Below, piece by piece: positions 20,154 through 30,887 of a DNA stretch of 64,000 nucleotides. The DNA is taken from positions 136,961 through 200,960 of the forward strand of contig CBDBCY010000004.1 in assembly GCA_965203555.1 (NCBI GenBank). The letters run 5' to 3'. The position numbers and the translations under genes are program-made. Position 1 is the first letter of the stretch. Every line of letters begins with the position of its first letter. The notes under the pieces were generated by a model. That model was given only the letters and a program-made list of their open reading frames with translations, did no database searches and was not told the origin of the DNA. Source of the DNA: Acidimicrobiia bacterium (GTDB lineage Bacteria > Actinomycetota > Acidimicrobiia > Spongiisociales > ZC4RG35).

Positions 20154-20992
20154 TCCGTTCGGGAGACCTTCATCACCTCCTGGAACAGGCCTTTTACGAA
20201 GATCTGGGAACCGGGGGCGATCTCACCTCCGTTGCTCTTATCGATGCGGGATGGGAGGCGCTGGGGTGGGTGGTGTTCAAATCCGAGGGGAGGGTCGCCG
20301 GGCTGGGGGCGGCGGAGGCGGCTTTCCGGTTTGTGGATGGCCGGGTGGTGTTCGAAGCGAAGACTCACGACGGGGCGGACCTGTCGCCGGGATCGGTGGC
20401 GGCCGAGGTGAGGGGCCCGGCCAGGGGCATCCTGGCAACTGAAAGAGTGGCCCTCAACTTGCTGGGTCATCTGTCGGGTGTCGCCACCGCCACTAGAGAA
20501 CTGGTGGCATCCGTATCCGGGACCGGGGTTGAGATCACCGACACCCGCAAGACCACCCCCGGTTTGCGAATGTTGGAGAAGGAGGCGGTCCGGATCGGGG
20601 GAGGGGTGAACCATCGGATGGGTTTGTGGGATGCGGTGCTGATCAAGGACAACCATCTCTGCATGGTGGAGAGCGCTGCCGGGGCAGTGCGAACCGCCCG
20701 CCGCAAGACCGGGGGAAAGGTGAAGGTAATCGTCGAGGTAGCGGACCCCGACAATCTCGAGGAGGTGGTGGCGGCCCGCCCCGATGTGATCCTGTTGGAC
20801 AATATGACCACCGTTCAGATGACGGAGGCGGTTCGCCTGGTTGGAGGCCGGGTGATCCTGGAGGCCAGCGGGGGCGTATCGCTCTCCAATGTCAGGAGCG
20901 TGGCGGAGACGGGGGTGGACATCATTTCCACCGGTTGGATCACCCATTCAGCGCCGGTGGTGGACGTTAGCCTGCGGTTGGCGCGTGTTTGA
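20150..20992 (+). CDS. nadC: Nicotinate-nucleotide pyrophosphorylase (carboxylating) NadC, start codon uncertain
   Basis: C-terminal 240 aa (RKTTPGLRMLEKEAVRIGGGVNHRMGLWDAVLIKDNH). The conserved N-terminal region LIRSGDLHHLLEQAFYEDLGTGGDLTS is in-frame upstream of the first canonical start (GTG 20270). This frame opens at 20102 and holds no ATG/GTG/TTG before 20264; CTG at 20150 is a candidate. Confidence 0.7.
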   Translation: MIRSGDLHHLLEQAFYEDLGTGGDLTSVALIDAGWEALGWVVFKSEGRVAGLGAAEAAFRFVDGRVVFEAKTHDGADLSPGSVAAEVRGPARGILATERVALNLLGHLSGVATATRELVASVSGTGVEITDTRKTTPGLRMLEKEAVRIGGGVNHRMGLWDAVLIKDNHLCMVESAAGAVRTARRKTGGKVKVIVEVADPDNLEEVVAARPDVILLDNMTTVQMTEAVRLVGGRVILEASGGVSLSNVRSVAETGVDIISTGWITHSAPVVDVSLRLARV

Positions 20993-22079
20993 ATCCGGCC
21001 CCTCTGCTCCGGGGGGCGCCGTCGAAAGGCCTCTGCGGGTGGTTGTTCCCGCTCACGATGAACAGAACGTGATCGCTGACCTGGTCTCCGATCTGCGAAG
21101 CCAGAATTATCCTCCAGCTTCCTATCAGGTGTGGGTGTTGGCCGACCGTTGCGCAGACGATACGGCCAAGGTGGCTGCCGATGCCGGAGCTTCGGTAACG
21201 GAGCGCCACTCGGGACCCGACGGCAAGGGGGAACTTCTGAAGTGGTACCTGTCGGATAGTCCGTTGGCGGACGATGAGGTGTTGGTGGTGCTGGACGCCG
21301 ACAACCGGGTGGAGCCGGACTTTCTGTCGTTGCTGTCCGGCGCCGTCACAGATGGCGATCAAGTGGTGCAGGCCTCAGTGCTTCCCTCCAACCTCGATGC
21401 CTCTCCTATCGCCGCGGCCGCCGGGCTGGGTGATTGGATGGCGAGGGAGATGATTTATAAGAGAGCGGCTGCCCGGGGGTGGCCGGTGGAACTGGGTGGA
21501 ACGGGGTTCTGCATCAGTGCTGCGGCATTGTCCGCCGCCGGGGGCTGGAGCGGGTCGTTCACCGAGGATCTCGATCTGACGGTAAGACTCCTCCTGGCGG
21601 GGTATGCGGTCAGATACTTGCCCCAAGCCCAGGTGTGGGACGAGAAACCGACCGGTTTGAGAGCGGCGGTGGGACAGCGGGGAAGATGGGCGCAAGGTAG
21701 GACCGGCGTCCGTAAGAGCCGGGGAGGAAAGTTGTGGAAAACCGCCCTGGCCCGACGGTCTCTTCCAATGTGGCTAATGGCTTGGAGGCTGGCTGCGCCC
21801 GGACGGTCGTTCCGGCTGCTGGTCACGACGGCGGTGTTGGCCCTGTCAGTGATATGGGAATGGGGATCTCCGTTCTCGTGGCCGGTGTGGGCGGCAATCG
21901 CCCTATGGCAGGGAGGCCGACCGCTACTGGCTCTATGGAGAGTGAAAGAGATCCGGCCGCATTTGAGGTGGTACCCCCTCACCCTGATCTGGGGGTTTGT
22001 GTGGCTGTGGGTGCGGCTGGGTCGCCGGCGGCGAGGATGGTATCACACTCCTCACCGCGGCAAGGTTGCTCGGAGATAA
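20985..22079 (+). CDS. Glycosyltransferase family 2 protein (membrane-anchored, C-terminal TM helices)
   Basis: RVVVPAHDEQNVIADLVSDL (GT-A fold start), DADN and D.D motifs, and a C-terminal hydrophobic region. GTG at 20985 overlaps the nadC stop. Confidence 0.7.
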   Translation: MFESGPSAPGGAVERPLRVVVPAHDEQNVIADLVSDLRSQNYPPASYQVWVLADRCADDTAKVAADAGASVTERHSGPDGKGELLKWYLSDSPLADDEVLVVLDADNRVEPDFLSLLSGAVTDGDQVVQASVLPSNLDASPIAAAAGLGDWMAREMIYKRAAARGWPVELGGTGFCISAAALSAAGGWSGSFTEDLDLTVRLLLAGYAVRYLPQAQVWDEKPTGLRAAVGQRGRWAQGRTGVRKSRGGKLWKTALARRSLPMWLMAWRLAAPGRSFRLLVTTAVLALSVIWEWGSPFSWPVWAAIALWQGGRPLLALWRVKEIRPHLRWYPLTLIWGFVWLWVRLGRRRRGWYHTPHRGKVARR

Positions 22080-22081
22080 CA

Positions 22082-22096
22082 AAAAAGGGCCTTTTT
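22082..22096 (+). terminator. Weak A/T hairpin (aaaaag-ggc-cttttt) 3 nt after the GT2 stop
   Basis: Inverted repeat seen in sequence; low stability. Confidence 0.25.
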
Positions 22097-22319
22097 CCAG
22101 GGAAACTGCGCGATACATTTGCCCCTATATGGTTTTGTCCGCTGGGGATAGGGTGTATATACTTGCCCTTCGTGGTCTTAGTGCCTCAAACCGACTCTTA
22201 GGACTCTCCGCCTGACCCAGTGCCGGAGTGTCCTCCGGGTGCGGTCAAAAGCAAGATAAGGGCAAAGCGGTTTTTCCTGCGCGTGCGGGAGAGAAGTGTC
22301 GCCTTGGCGAAGGAAAAGT

Positions 22320-22691
22320 ATGCCGACCATCCAGCAGTTGGTGCGCCGCGGGCGCAAGCCGAAAAAGAAGAAGGTCAAGACCGCCGGTCTGGCCGGAGCG
22401 CCCCAGAGGAGGGGGGTGTGCACGCGCGTTTACACCGTCACCCCCAAGAAGCCCAATTCGGCGCTGCGCAAGGTCTGCCGGGTGAGATTGTCGTCAGGGA
22501 TCGAGGTGACCGCCTACATTCCCGGGGAAGGACACAACCTGCAGGAGCATTCCATAGTGCTGGTCAGAGGAGGTCGGGTTCGTGACCTTCCGGGAGTGAG
22601 GTACAAGGTGATCAGGGGAACTCTGGATGCGGCGGGCGTCTCCGAACGCCGCCAGGCCCGTTCCCGCTATGGAGCGAGGAGAGGGCGATGA
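22320..22691 (+). CDS. rpsL: 30S ribosomal protein S12
   Basis: [12 protein letters not shown]...[14 protein letters not shown] at 22320 with an upstream AGGAAAAG RBS. Confidence 0.95.
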   Translation: MPTIQQLVRRGRKPKKKKVKTAGLAGAPQRRGVCTRVYTVTPKKPNSALRKVCRVRLSSGIEVTAYIPGEGHNLQEHSIVLVRGGRVRDLPGVRYKVIRGTLDAAGVSERRQARSRYGARRGR

Positions 22692-23155
22692 GAAGAGCTG
22701 CCGCCACCAAGCGGAAGATCGATCCCGATCCGGTATTCCGAAATGTGTTGGTGAGCCGGGTGATCAATAAAGTGTTGTGGAAGGGGAAAAAGGACCTTGC
22801 TCGCAGGATCGTCTACTCCGCCCTAGAGCGGGTGGAACAACGAACCCGACAGGATCCGGTGAGCGTGCTGAGGAGGGCAATCGACAACCTCAAGCCTCAG
22901 ATGGAAGTGAGGTCCCGACGGGTGGGAGGCTCCTCCTACCAGGTTCCCATGGACGTCCGTGCGGACCGGGCTCGCTGCCTGGCTATCCGCTGGTTGGTAG
23001 GTTACGCTCGCCGGCGCCGGGAACCCACCATGGCATTGCGGTTGGCCGGAGAGATCCTTGATGCCGCCAACAACACCGGGTCCGCCATCAAGAGGCGCGA
23101 AGACATGCACAAGATGGCGGAGTCCAACAAGGCTTTCGCCCACTACCGCTGGTAA
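22688..23155 (+). CDS. rpsG: 30S ribosomal protein S7
   Basis: 155 aa, S7 family, in str-operon position. Confidence 0.95.
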   Translation: MRRAAATKRKIDPDPVFRNVLVSRVINKVLWKGKKDLARRIVYSALERVEQRTRQDPVSVLRRAIDNLKPQMEVRSRRVGGSSYQVPMDVRADRARCLAIRWLVGYARRRREPTMALRLAGEILDAANNTGSAIKRREDMHKMAESNKAFAHYRW

Positions 23156-23199
23156 GAGGCATTGCTGTGGCTGCTGACCGAGGGCATCGTCTCCTGCGC

Positions 23200-25284
23200 A
23201 TGCGTCAGGTGCCCCTGAGTCGCACCCGCAATATCGGAATCATGGCCCACATCGATGCAGGAAAGACCACTCTGACCGAGCGGATTCTTTACTACACCGG
23301 TCGCAACTACAAAATCGGGGAGGTCCACGAGGGCGCCGCCACCATGGATTGGATGGCACAGGAGCAGGAGCGGGGAATCACCATCACCTCTGCCGCCACC
23401 ACCTGTATCTGGCACGATCACAGCATCAACATCATCGACACTCCGGGTCATGTCGATTTCACCGTCGAGGTGGAACGTAGTCTTCGAGTCCTGGATGGGG
23501 CGGTGGCGGTATTCGACGGGGTGGCGGGAGTGGAACCACAGTCGGAGACGGTGTGGCGGCAGGCCGACCGCTACGAAGTTCCCCGCATCTGCTTCATCAA
23601 CAAACTCGACCGACTGGGGGCGGACTTCTTCGCCGATGTGGAATCGATCCGCACCCGACTCAACGCAACACCTCTGGTGGTCCAACTGCCCGTGGGTGAG
23701 GAGAGTGATTTCCGAGGTGTTCTGGACCTGGTGGAAATGCAGATTCACGAGTGGCGGGGGGACGACGGCAGGCACTGGGACACCGGCGACATCCCCGAAT
23801 CGATGCAGGACCTGGCTTATGAATACCGGGCGCGGATGTTGGAGCAGGTAGCCGAGGTTGACGAGAAACTCCTGATCAAGTTCCTCGAAGATCTGTACAT
23901 AACCCCCGACGAGATCCGAACCGCTATCCGTACGGGGGTGCTTCAGCACATGTTCGTGCCGGTGCTTTGTGGTGCGGCCTTCAAGAACAAGGGAGTGCAG
24001 CCGCTGCTTGACGCCATTGTCCACTATCTGCCCAGCCCCTTGGACCTTCCTCCGGTGAAGGGTTTCGCCCCCAAGAATCCGGAACAGGTTCTGGAACGGA
24101 AGGCCAATGACGACGAGCCATTTTCGGCTCTCGCCTTCAAGATCATGAGCGATCCCCACGTCGGCAAGCTCACCTATTTCCGGGTCTATTCGGGCTCGGT
24201 CTCCAAGGGCGGCGCGGTGTTCAATACCACCAACGGCAAGAAGGAGCGCCTGGGACGGCTGCTTCGCATGCATGCCAACCATCGTGAGGATGTCAACATT
24301 GTTTACACCGGTGACATCGTGGCGGCGGTGGGATTGCGACACACCACCACCGGCGACACCCTTTCCGGTGTCGGTCACCCCATCAGCCTGGAATCGATGG
24401 CCTTTCCCGCGCCGGTTATCTGGGTAGCCATCGAGCCTCGCACCAGGGTTGACCAGGACAAGTTGTCCGAGTCCCTGCAAAAGCTGTCGGAGGAGGACCC
24501 GACCTTTCTGGTGAGAAGTGACGAAGAGACCGGGCAAACCATCATCTCGGGAATGGGCGAGCTCCACCTGGAGGTATTGGTGGACCGGCTGATCCGGGAA
24601 TTCAAGGTCGCGGCCAACATCGGTAAGCCGCAGGTCGCCTATCGAGAATCAATCCTGTCGGCCGTAGAGAAAGTGGAAGGCCGTTACGTCCGCCAGAGTG
24701 GCGGCCGGGGTCAGTACGGTCATGTCGTCATCGACATCGAACCCACCGGTCCCGGAGGAGGTTACGAATTCGTCAACAAGATCAGGGGCGGTCGCGTCCC
24801 CCGTGAATACATTCCGGCGGTGGCCGCCGGCATCGGAGAGGCTCTCGATGGGGGTATCCTGGCGGGCTACCCGGTGGTGGATGTGCGGGTCACCCTGGTT
24901 GACGGTTCACATCATGAAGTAGATTCTTCCGAACTGGCCTTTCGGATAGCCGGTTCCATGGCTGTTCGCGCCGCCACCAACAAGGCGGGGCTGAAACTGC
25001 TGGAGCCGGTGATGGAAGTCGAGGTGGTCACTCCCGACGAGTACATGGGAGACGTGATCGCCGACATTTCCGCTCGCCGGGGCCGTATTGGAGAAACCGA
25101 TCAGCGGGGATCGGCCCGGCTAATCACCGCCGCCGTACCGCTGGCCGCAATGTTCGGCTTTGCTACTGATATCCGGTCCAGGACTCAGGGGCGAGCAACG
25201 TATTCGATGCAATTCAAGGCTTACCAAGATGTTCCTGACTCTATTTGTCAGGACATCCTTCATTTGAGAACTGGTAAGTATTAG
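23200..25284 (+). CDS. fusA: Elongation factor G
   Basis: [31 protein letters not shown] domains II-V. ATG at 23200 (alternative GTG at 23167). The last roughly 45 codons are noticeably lower-GC. Confidence 0.95.
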   Translation: MRQVPLSRTRNIGIMAHIDAGKTTLTERILYYTGRNYKIGEVHEGAATMDWMAQEQERGITITSAATTCIWHDHSINIIDTPGHVDFTVEVERSLRVLDGAVAVFDGVAGVEPQSETVWRQADRYEVPRICFINKLDRLGADFFADVESIRTRLNATPLVVQLPVGEESDFRGVLDLVEMQIHEWRGDDGRHWDTGDIPESMQDLAYEYRARMLEQVAEVDEKLLIKFLEDLYITPDEIRTAIRTGVLQHMFVPVLCGAAFKNKGVQPLLDAIVHYLPSPLDLPPVKGFAPKNPEQVLERKANDDEPFSALAFKIMSDPHVGKLTYFRVYSGSVSKGGAVFNTTNGKKERLGRLLRMHANHREDVNIVYTGDIVAAVGLRHTTTGDTLSGVGHPISLESMAFPAPVIWVAIEPRTRVDQDKLSESLQKLSEEDPTFLVRSDEETGQTIISGMGELHLEVLVDRLIREFKVAANIGKPQVAYRESILSAVEKVEGRYVRQSGGRGQYGHVVIDIEPTGPGGGYEFVNKIRGGRVPREYIPAVAAGIGEALDGGILAGYPVVDVRVTLVDGSHHEVDSSELAFRIAGSMAVRAATNKAGLKLLEPVMEVEVVTPDEYMGDVIADISARRGRIGETDQRGSARLITAAVPLAAMFGFATDIRSRTQGRATYSMQFKAYQDVPDSICQDILHLRTGKY

Positions 25285-26508
25285 AAATGGGGGTGTTTGG
25301 TTGTGGGTAAGGTGAGGTTTGAGCGGGTGAAGCCGCATTTGAATGTGGGTACTATGGGTCATATTGATCATGGGAAGACTACGTTGACTGCTGCGATTAC
25401 TAGGGTGTTGTCTGAGCGGGTTGGTGGGGTGAATGTGGTGACTGGGTTTGATGATATTGATCGTGCTCCTGAGGAGCGTGAGCGGGGTATTACGATTCAG
25501 ATTGCGCATGTTGAGTATGAGACTGTTTTGCGTCATTATGCGCATGTGGATATGCCGGGGCATGCGGATTATATTAAGAATATGATTACGGGGGCGGCTC
25601 AGGTGGATGGGGCGGTGTTGGTGGTGTCGGCGGTTGATGGTCCGATGCCGCAGACTCGTGAGCATGTGTTGTTGGCGCGGCAGGTGGGTGTGCCGCGGAT
25701 TGTGGTGTTTTTGAATAAGTGTGATTTGGTGGATGATGGTGAGTTGTTGGATTTGGTGGAGTTGGAGGTTCGGGATTTGTTGACGGAGTATGAGTTTCCG
25801 GGTGATGATGTTCCGGTGGTGAGGGGTTCGGCGTTGTTGGCGTTGGAGGGTGATGTGGTGGCTGGTGATGGGGTTATGGAGTTGATGGATGCGGTTGATG
25901 GGTATGTTGATGTGCCGGTTCGGGATGTGGATCGTCCGTTTTTGATGCCGATTGAGGATGTGTTTTCGATTACTGGTCGGGGTACGGTGGTGACTGGTCG
26001 GGTTGAGCAGGGTGTGTTGCGGGTTGGTGAGGCGGTTGAGGTGGTTGGTTTGCGTGATACGCGTGGGTCGGTGGCTACTGGTGTGGAGATGTTTAGGAAG
26101 TTGTTGGATGAGGGTCGGGCTGGTGATAATGTGGGGGTGTTGTTGCGGGGGGTGGGGAAGTCGGAGGTGGAGCGTGGTCAGGTGTTGGCTGCTCCTGGGT
26201 CGATTTTGCCGCATGTGGGTTTTGAGGCGCAGGTGTATGTGTTGACGAAGGAGGAGGGGGGGAGGCATAATCCGTTTTTTTCGGGTTATCGTCCGCAGTT
26301 TTATTTTCGGACTACGGATGTGACGGGTTCGGTGTTGTTGCCTGTTGGGGTGCAGATGGTGATGCCGGGTGATAATGTGGAGTTGTCGGTGGAGTTGATT
26401 GCTCCGATTGCGATGTCGGTGGGGTTGGATTTCGCGATTCGTGAGGGTGGTCGGACTGTGGGGGCGGGTCGGGTCACCAAGATCACCAAATAACCCCAAA
26501 CCCAAGAA
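25283..26508 (+). repeat. 1.2-kb direct repeat (copy 1) containing tuf. Essentially identical to 61421-62648.
   Basis: Identical from agaaatggggg... through ...aaataacccc, with only a C-run length difference after the stop. Confidence 0.9.
25303..26493 (+). CDS. tuf: Elongation factor Tu (copy 1, in the str operon) with extremely atypical composition: A/C-depleted codons that nearly all end in G or T
   Basis: [43 protein letters not shown], a complete EF-Tu. GTG at 25303 (TTG at 25297 is in-frame upstream). Confidence 0.9.
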   Translation: MGKVRFERVKPHLNVGTMGHIDHGKTTLTAAITRVLSERVGGVNVVTGFDDIDRAPEERERGITIQIAHVEYETVLRHYAHVDMPGHADYIKNMITGAAQVDGAVLVVSAVDGPMPQTREHVLLARQVGVPRIVVFLNKCDLVDDGELLDLVELEVRDLLTEYEFPGDDVPVVRGSALLALEGDVVAGDGVMELMDAVDGYVDVPVRDVDRPFLMPIEDVFSITGRGTVVTGRVEQGVLRVGEAVEVVGLRDTRGSVATGVEMFRKLLDEGRAGDNVGVLLRGVGKSEVERGQVLAAPGSILPHVGFEAQVYVLTKEEGGRHNPFFSGYRPQFYFRTTDVTGSVLLPVGVQMVMPGDNVELSVELIAPIAMSVGLDFAIREGGRTVGAGRVTKITK

Positions 26509-26583
26509 GGCAAAGGATTGTGGACAACAACCGGCAAGGGCAAGTAGAGAATAAGCCGAGCAAGCGAGGACAGTAGAAGAGAC

Positions 26584-26895
26584 ATGAACGGTTCCCATAA
26601 GATCCGCATAAAGCTCAAGGCTTATGACCATCAGAGTGTGGATGAGTCAGCGCGCAAGATCGCTGCTACGGTTACTCGTACCCAGGCCAAAATAAGAGGT
26701 CCTGTTCCGTTGCCTACCGAGATCCACAGATACTGCGTTATACGCGGACCCCATGTCGATAAAGACTCCCGGGAACACTTCGAGATGCGCATTCATAAGC
26801 GGTTGATCGATATCTTGGATCCAACCGCTAAAACGGTTGATTCATTGATGCGCCTTGATCTTCCTTCCGGAGTGGAAGTAGAGATAAAGCTGTGA
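26584..26895 (+). CDS. rpsJ: 30S ribosomal protein S10 (low-GC codon usage; uses ATA/AGA/AAA codons)
   Basis: [21 protein letters not shown]...[17 protein letters not shown]. Confidence 0.95.
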   Translation: MNGSHKIRIKLKAYDHQSVDESARKIAATVTRTQAKIRGPVPLPTEIHRYCVIRGPHVDKDSREHFEMRIHKRLIDILDPTAKTVDSLMRLDLPSGVEVEIKL

Positions 26896-27530
26896 ACACG
26901 ATTCTGGGCACAAAACTGGGTATGAGCCAGATTTTCAATGATGCGGCTCAGGCGCTCCCGGTTACGGTTATCAAGGCCGGACCGTGCAAGGTTGTACAGG
27001 TCAAGACATCCGAGAAGGACGGGTATGAGGCCGTGCAACTCACCTTGGAGATCGCGAAGCCGGCCAAGGTGAATAAAGCGGTAGCCGGCCATTTCGCCAA
27101 GGCGGGGGTGACTCCGTCCCCCCATCTGGTGGAGGCGCTCGTGGATAATTCCGCTCGATTCGAACCGGGTTCGACCATCAAGGTGGATGAAGTCTTCGAG
27201 CCTGGTATTCGAGCCGATGTGACGGGGATATCCAAGGGCAAGGGCTTTGCCGGAGTGATGAAGCGTCACAACTTCGCCGGACAGTGCGCCAGTCACGGCA
27301 ATCACAAGAAGCACCGCGCCGGCGGGGCGATCGGCGCCTGCGCCACGCCGTCGAGGGTGTTCAAAGGCAAGGCTATGCCGGGTCGGATGGGGGCTCAACG
27401 TACCACCGTCCTCAATCTGGAGGTGGTGAGGGTGCTGGCCGAAGAAGGCCTGCTTTTGCTTCGTGGCGCAGTTCCCGGCCCCAAGGGAGGATTGGTGATG
27501 ATCAGGAAGGCAGTCAAGTCCGATGGCTGA
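26892..27530 (+). CDS. rplC: 50S ribosomal protein L3
   Basis: S10-operon order; [14 protein letters not shown]. Confidence 0.95.
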   Translation: MNTILGTKLGMSQIFNDAAQALPVTVIKAGPCKVVQVKTSEKDGYEAVQLTLEIAKPAKVNKAVAGHFAKAGVTPSPHLVEALVDNSARFEPGSTIKVDEVFEPGIRADVTGISKGKGFAGVMKRHNFAGQCASHGNHKKHRAGGAIGACATPSRVFKGKAMPGRMGAQRTTVLNLEVVRVLAEEGLLLLRGAVPGPKGGLVMIRKAVKSDG

Positions 27531-28182
27531 GCTGACCGCCCCGCGGTATGACGGCGACGGGTCCCTCCAGGGGGAGACCGCCCTGGATCCGGCCGTGTTC
27601 GGGGTGACTCCCAATCTTGCGGTGCTTCACCAGGTGGTTACCGCCCAGTTGGCCGGGAAGCGTTCCGGAACAGCTTCCACCAAGACAAGGGCCGAGGTAA
27701 GGGGAGGAGGTCGCAAGCCCTGGCGCCAGAAGGGGATCGGAAGGGCAAGGCACGGTTCGATCCGCTCGCCCATGTGGCGAGGCGGAGGTGTCGCCCATGG
27801 TCCCAAGCCCCGCAGCTACCACCAGCGGACTCCTGCCAAGATGCGCCGTCTGGCGCTGCGCAGCGCCCTCTCCGCCCGGGCCTCGGAAGGCGCCGTCTAC
27901 ACCACCGCGCCTCTTGGTTGGGAGGTCCCCCGCACCAAGTCGGCGGTGGCGCTGCTTCAGGCTATGGGATTGGAGGGAAAGGCTTTGATCGTTGTGGAGC
28001 GGATGGGTGGAGTTGAACACCGGTCCTTCCGGAACATCCCGTCGATGCGGATCGTCGAGGCCAGGTACATAACCCCGTACGATGTCCTCTGGGCTCGGGA
28101 TATGGTGTTCTTCGCCGGCTCGCTGGAGATCGTGGAGGGCGCCGGTCGGGAGAAGGAGTCGGTGGAGGCCAGGGCGTCATGA
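27523..28182 (+). CDS. rplD: 50S ribosomal protein L4
   Basis: Order and sequence. Confidence 0.93.
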   Translation: MAELTAPRYDGDGSLQGETALDPAVFGVTPNLAVLHQVVTAQLAGKRSGTASTKTRAEVRGGGRKPWRQKGIGRARHGSIRSPMWRGGGVAHGPKPRSYHQRTPAKMRRLALRSALSARASEGAVYTTAPLGWEVPRTKSAVALLQAMGLEGKALIVVERMGGVEHRSFRNIPSMRIVEARYITPYDVLWARDMVFFAGSLEIVEGAGREKESVEARAS

Positions 28183-28466
28183 AGTATCCGCACGACGTGA
28201 TCCTGGGACCGGTGGTCTCCGAGAAGTCTTTCGACCTGATTGAGGACTTCAACACCTATTCCTTTCTGGTCGATCCCCGAGCCAACAAGACCGAGATTCG
28301 CCAGTCGGTGGAAGCCGTTTTCGATGTTCGGGTGGTCTCGGTCAATACGTACAACCGACGGGGCAAGATGAAGCGCACCCGTCGGACCCTGGGCAAACGC
28401 AAGGACACCAAGCGAGCCTTGGTGACCCTGGCCGAGGGTGAGTCCATCGATCTGTTCGGGTTGTAG
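28179..28466 (+). CDS. rplW: 50S ribosomal protein L23
   Basis: Order and sequence. Confidence 0.93.
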   Translation: MKYPHDVILGPVVSEKSFDLIEDFNTYSFLVDPRANKTEIRQSVEAVFDVRVVSVNTYNRRGKMKRTRRTLGKRKDTKRALVTLAEGESIDLFGL

Positions 28467-28468
28467 AT

Positions 28469-29302
28469 ATGGCAGTTCAAAAACGCAAGCCCACCTCTCC
28501 GGGAAGACGGTTTCAGACCGTTTCCGACTTCTCGGACATCACCAGAAGCCGCCCGGAAAAGTCGCTACTGGCGCCCCGGACCTCCAAGGCTGGCAGGAAC
28601 AGTTACGGTCGCATCACTTCCCGTCACCGGGGTGGCGGGCACAAGCGGCGGTACCGGGTAATAGACTTCCGGAGGAACAAGGACGGCGTGCCCGCCAAGG
28701 TGGCGGCCATCGAGTACGATCCCAACCGCAACGCCCGCATCGCCCTGCTCCACTACGTGGACGGCGAGAAGCGATATATCCTGGCGCCGGTCGGGGTGGG
28801 AGTCGGAGACCGGATCAGTTCGGGACCCGAGGCGGAGATTCGGCCCGGAAACGCTCTCCCCATGCGCAACATCCCGGCGGGCAGCACCGTGCATGCGGTG
28901 GAGATGAGACCGGGAGGCGGCGCCAAGATCGCCCGGTCGGCGGGAGCTTCGGTGCAGTTGATGTCGAAAGATGCAGGGATGGCCCTTCTGCGGTTGCCCT
29001 CCGGTGAGATGCGCATGGTGCCGCTCGACTGCCGGGCCACCATCGGCCAGGTGGGCAACACCGAAGCCGAGTTGATCAAGCTGGGCAAGGCGGGACGCAA
29101 CCGATGGAAGGGAGTACGTCCCCAAACCAGGGGAGTGGCCATGAACCCCGTCGATCATCCTCTGGGAGGCGGAGAGGGCAAGTCCTCGGGAGGCCGCACC
29201 CCGGTCAGCCCGTGGGGGAAGCCGGAGGGACGGACCCGTCGCAAGAACAAGCAGAGCAACAAGTACATCGTTCGGCGTCGCTACGCCAAAGGCCGGAGGT
29301 AG
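28469..29302 (+). CDS. rplB: 50S ribosomal protein L2
   Basis: 277 aa, L2 signature (GRNSYGRIT...HKRRYR). Confidence 0.95.
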   Translation: MAVQKRKPTSPGRRFQTVSDFSDITRSRPEKSLLAPRTSKAGRNSYGRITSRHRGGGHKRRYRVIDFRRNKDGVPAKVAAIEYDPNRNARIALLHYVDGEKRYILAPVGVGVGDRISSGPEAEIRPGNALPMRNIPAGSTVHAVEMRPGGGAKIARSAGASVQLMSKDAGMALLRLPSGEMRMVPLDCRATIGQVGNTEAELIKLGKAGRNRWKGVRPQTRGVAMNPVDHPLGGGEGKSSGGRTPVSPWGKPEGRTRRKNKQSNKYIVRRRYAKGRR

Positions 29303-29304
29303 CC

Positions 29305-29592
29305 GTGGGTAGAAGTTTGAAGAAAGGTCCGTTCGTCGACGACCATCTGCTGGAAAAGATCGAAGAATTGAACGCCGCTCGCCAAAAGCGCGTGATACGG
29401 ACCTGGAGCCGGCGCTCCACCGTGATACCCGCCATGATCGGGCACACCATTGCCGTACATGACGGACGGCGCCACGTGCCCATCTATCTCACCGAGTCGA
29501 TGGTGGGGCACAAATTGGGCGAGTTCGCTCCCACCCGCACGTTCCGCAAGCACCCGGGCGGCAAGAGGGACAAGGCGGTGAGAAAGCGATGA
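29305..29592 (+). CDS. rpsS: 30S ribosomal protein S19
   Basis: [18 protein letters not shown] at 29305 just after the rplB stop (the track ORF starts upstream). Confidence 0.93.
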   Translation: MGRSLKKGPFVDDHLLEKIEELNAARQKRVIRTWSRRSTVIPAMIGHTIAVHDGRRHVPIYLTESMVGHKLGEFAPTRTFRKHPGGKRDKAVRKR

Positions 29593-29942
29593 GAACCCAG
29601 GCTCGGGCCCGGTATCTGCGCCACTCCCCCTACAAGATGAGGCGGGTGGCCGATTTGGTCAAGGGTAAGTCGGTGGAGGACGCCCAGGCGCTTTTGGCTC
29701 ATCTCAACCGGGGGGCCGCCCCCGCAGTCCGCAAGGTGCTGGATTCGGCGGTGGCCAATGCCGAGAACAACCTTGAGTTGGACTACGACCAACTCAAGGT
29801 CGAGGCGGTCTATGTGGATGAGGGACCCACCTTGCGATCCTTCCGCGCCCGGGCCAGAGGGCGGGTCACCCGGATCCGCAAACGCACCAGTCATTTGACC
29901 ATCGTGGTCGCTGACTCCCACAACGACGAGGAGACTTACTGA
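29589..29942 (+). CDS. rplV: 50S ribosomal protein L22
   Basis: Order and sequence. Confidence 0.93.
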   Translation: MRTQARARYLRHSPYKMRRVADLVKGKSVEDAQALLAHLNRGAAPAVRKVLDSAVANAENNLELDYDQLKVEAVYVDEGPTLRSFRARARGRVTRIRKRTSHLTIVVADSHNDEETY

Positions 29943-30874
29943 TGGGACAGAAAACGCACCCCTATTCCTTCCGGCTGGGCGTGGTTACCGACTGGAAATC
30001 CAAGTGGTACTCCGACAAGGACTACGTGAACCTGGTGAACGAGGATTGGCAAATTAGGGACTACCTGCGTGGATGCCTGGTGCGGGGAGCGGTTTCCCGC
30101 ATCGAGGTCGAGAGGACCCGGGATCGGGTGGTGGTGGAGATCCACACCGCGCGGCCGGGGGTGGTGATAGGTCGCAGGGGCGCCGAAGCCGAGCGGCTGC
30201 GCAAAGGTTTGGAGAAGCTGACCTCCAAGTCGATAAAGCTCAACATCATCGAGGTCAAGGACCCGGAATTGGACGCCCAACTGCTGGCGCAGGGAATCGC
30301 CGACCAACTGGAAAACCGGGTTTCGTTTCGCCGAGCCATGAAGCGGGCGCTGGGAACGGCTCGCAAGGCCGGCGCGCAAGGGGTGCGGGTGGAGTGCAAG
30401 GGCAGATTGGGCGGCGCTGACATGGGCCGCCGGGAGTGGTACCTGGAAGGCCGGGTGCCGCTGCACACCATCCGGGCCGACATCGATTACGGAGTGGCCA
30501 CCGCTCACACCATGGTGGGCTCCATCGGGGTGAAGGTCTGGGTATACAAGGGAGATGTCTTCAAGACTCGGTCCTCGGGTGAGAAGATGGCCGCTGAAGT
30601 CGCCCTGGCTGCGGGAGGCCCCACCCGTCGGCGTCGGCGCACACCCGCCAAGGCGCGGGCCGAGGCGGCGGCCGGAGGGAGGAAGCGGCCCAGGTTGATC
30701 GAAGCCGGCGGTGGCAAGCGACCTGTGCAGGCCACCACCCCCAAGCGGGACGGCCGCAAGCGCCTGATCGAAGCCGGAGGCGGAAGGAAGCGATCCGAGC
30801 AGGCATCCCAGCAGGACTGGGAGAGAGACGACGCGACGCAGGCGGATTCATCGTCGGATACCGGGACTTCGTAG
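29942..30874 (+). CDS. rpsC: 30S ribosomal protein S3 with a long basic, repeat-containing C-terminal extension
   Basis: KH and S3-C domains. The tail carries the tandem repeat [13 protein letters not shown] / [13 protein letters not shown]. Confidence 0.93.
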   Translation: MGQKTHPYSFRLGVVTDWKSKWYSDKDYVNLVNEDWQIRDYLRGCLVRGAVSRIEVERTRDRVVVEIHTARPGVVIGRRGAEAERLRKGLEKLTSKSIKLNIIEVKDPELDAQLLAQGIADQLENRVSFRRAMKRALGTARKAGAQGVRVECKGRLGGADMGRREWYLEGRVPLHTIRADIDYGVATAHTMVGSIGVKVWVYKGDVFKTRSSGEKMAAEVALAAGGPTRRRRRTPAKARAEAAAGGRKRPRLIEAGGGKRPVQATTPKRDGRKRLIEAGGGRKRSEQASQQDWERDDATQADSSSDTGTS

Positions 30875-30887
30875 GAGCGTTGTTGAG

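Noticed and set aside
25120-26631. 503-aa minus-strand ORF (His/Arg/Asn/Pro/Thr-rich low complexity) antisense to tuf copy 1, and its twin at 61387-62955
   Set aside because: This is an artefact. The sense strand has almost no A or C at wobble positions, so its reverse complement has almost no TAA, TAG or TGA. The encoded sequence is low-complexity and the sense strand encodes a perfect EF-Tu.
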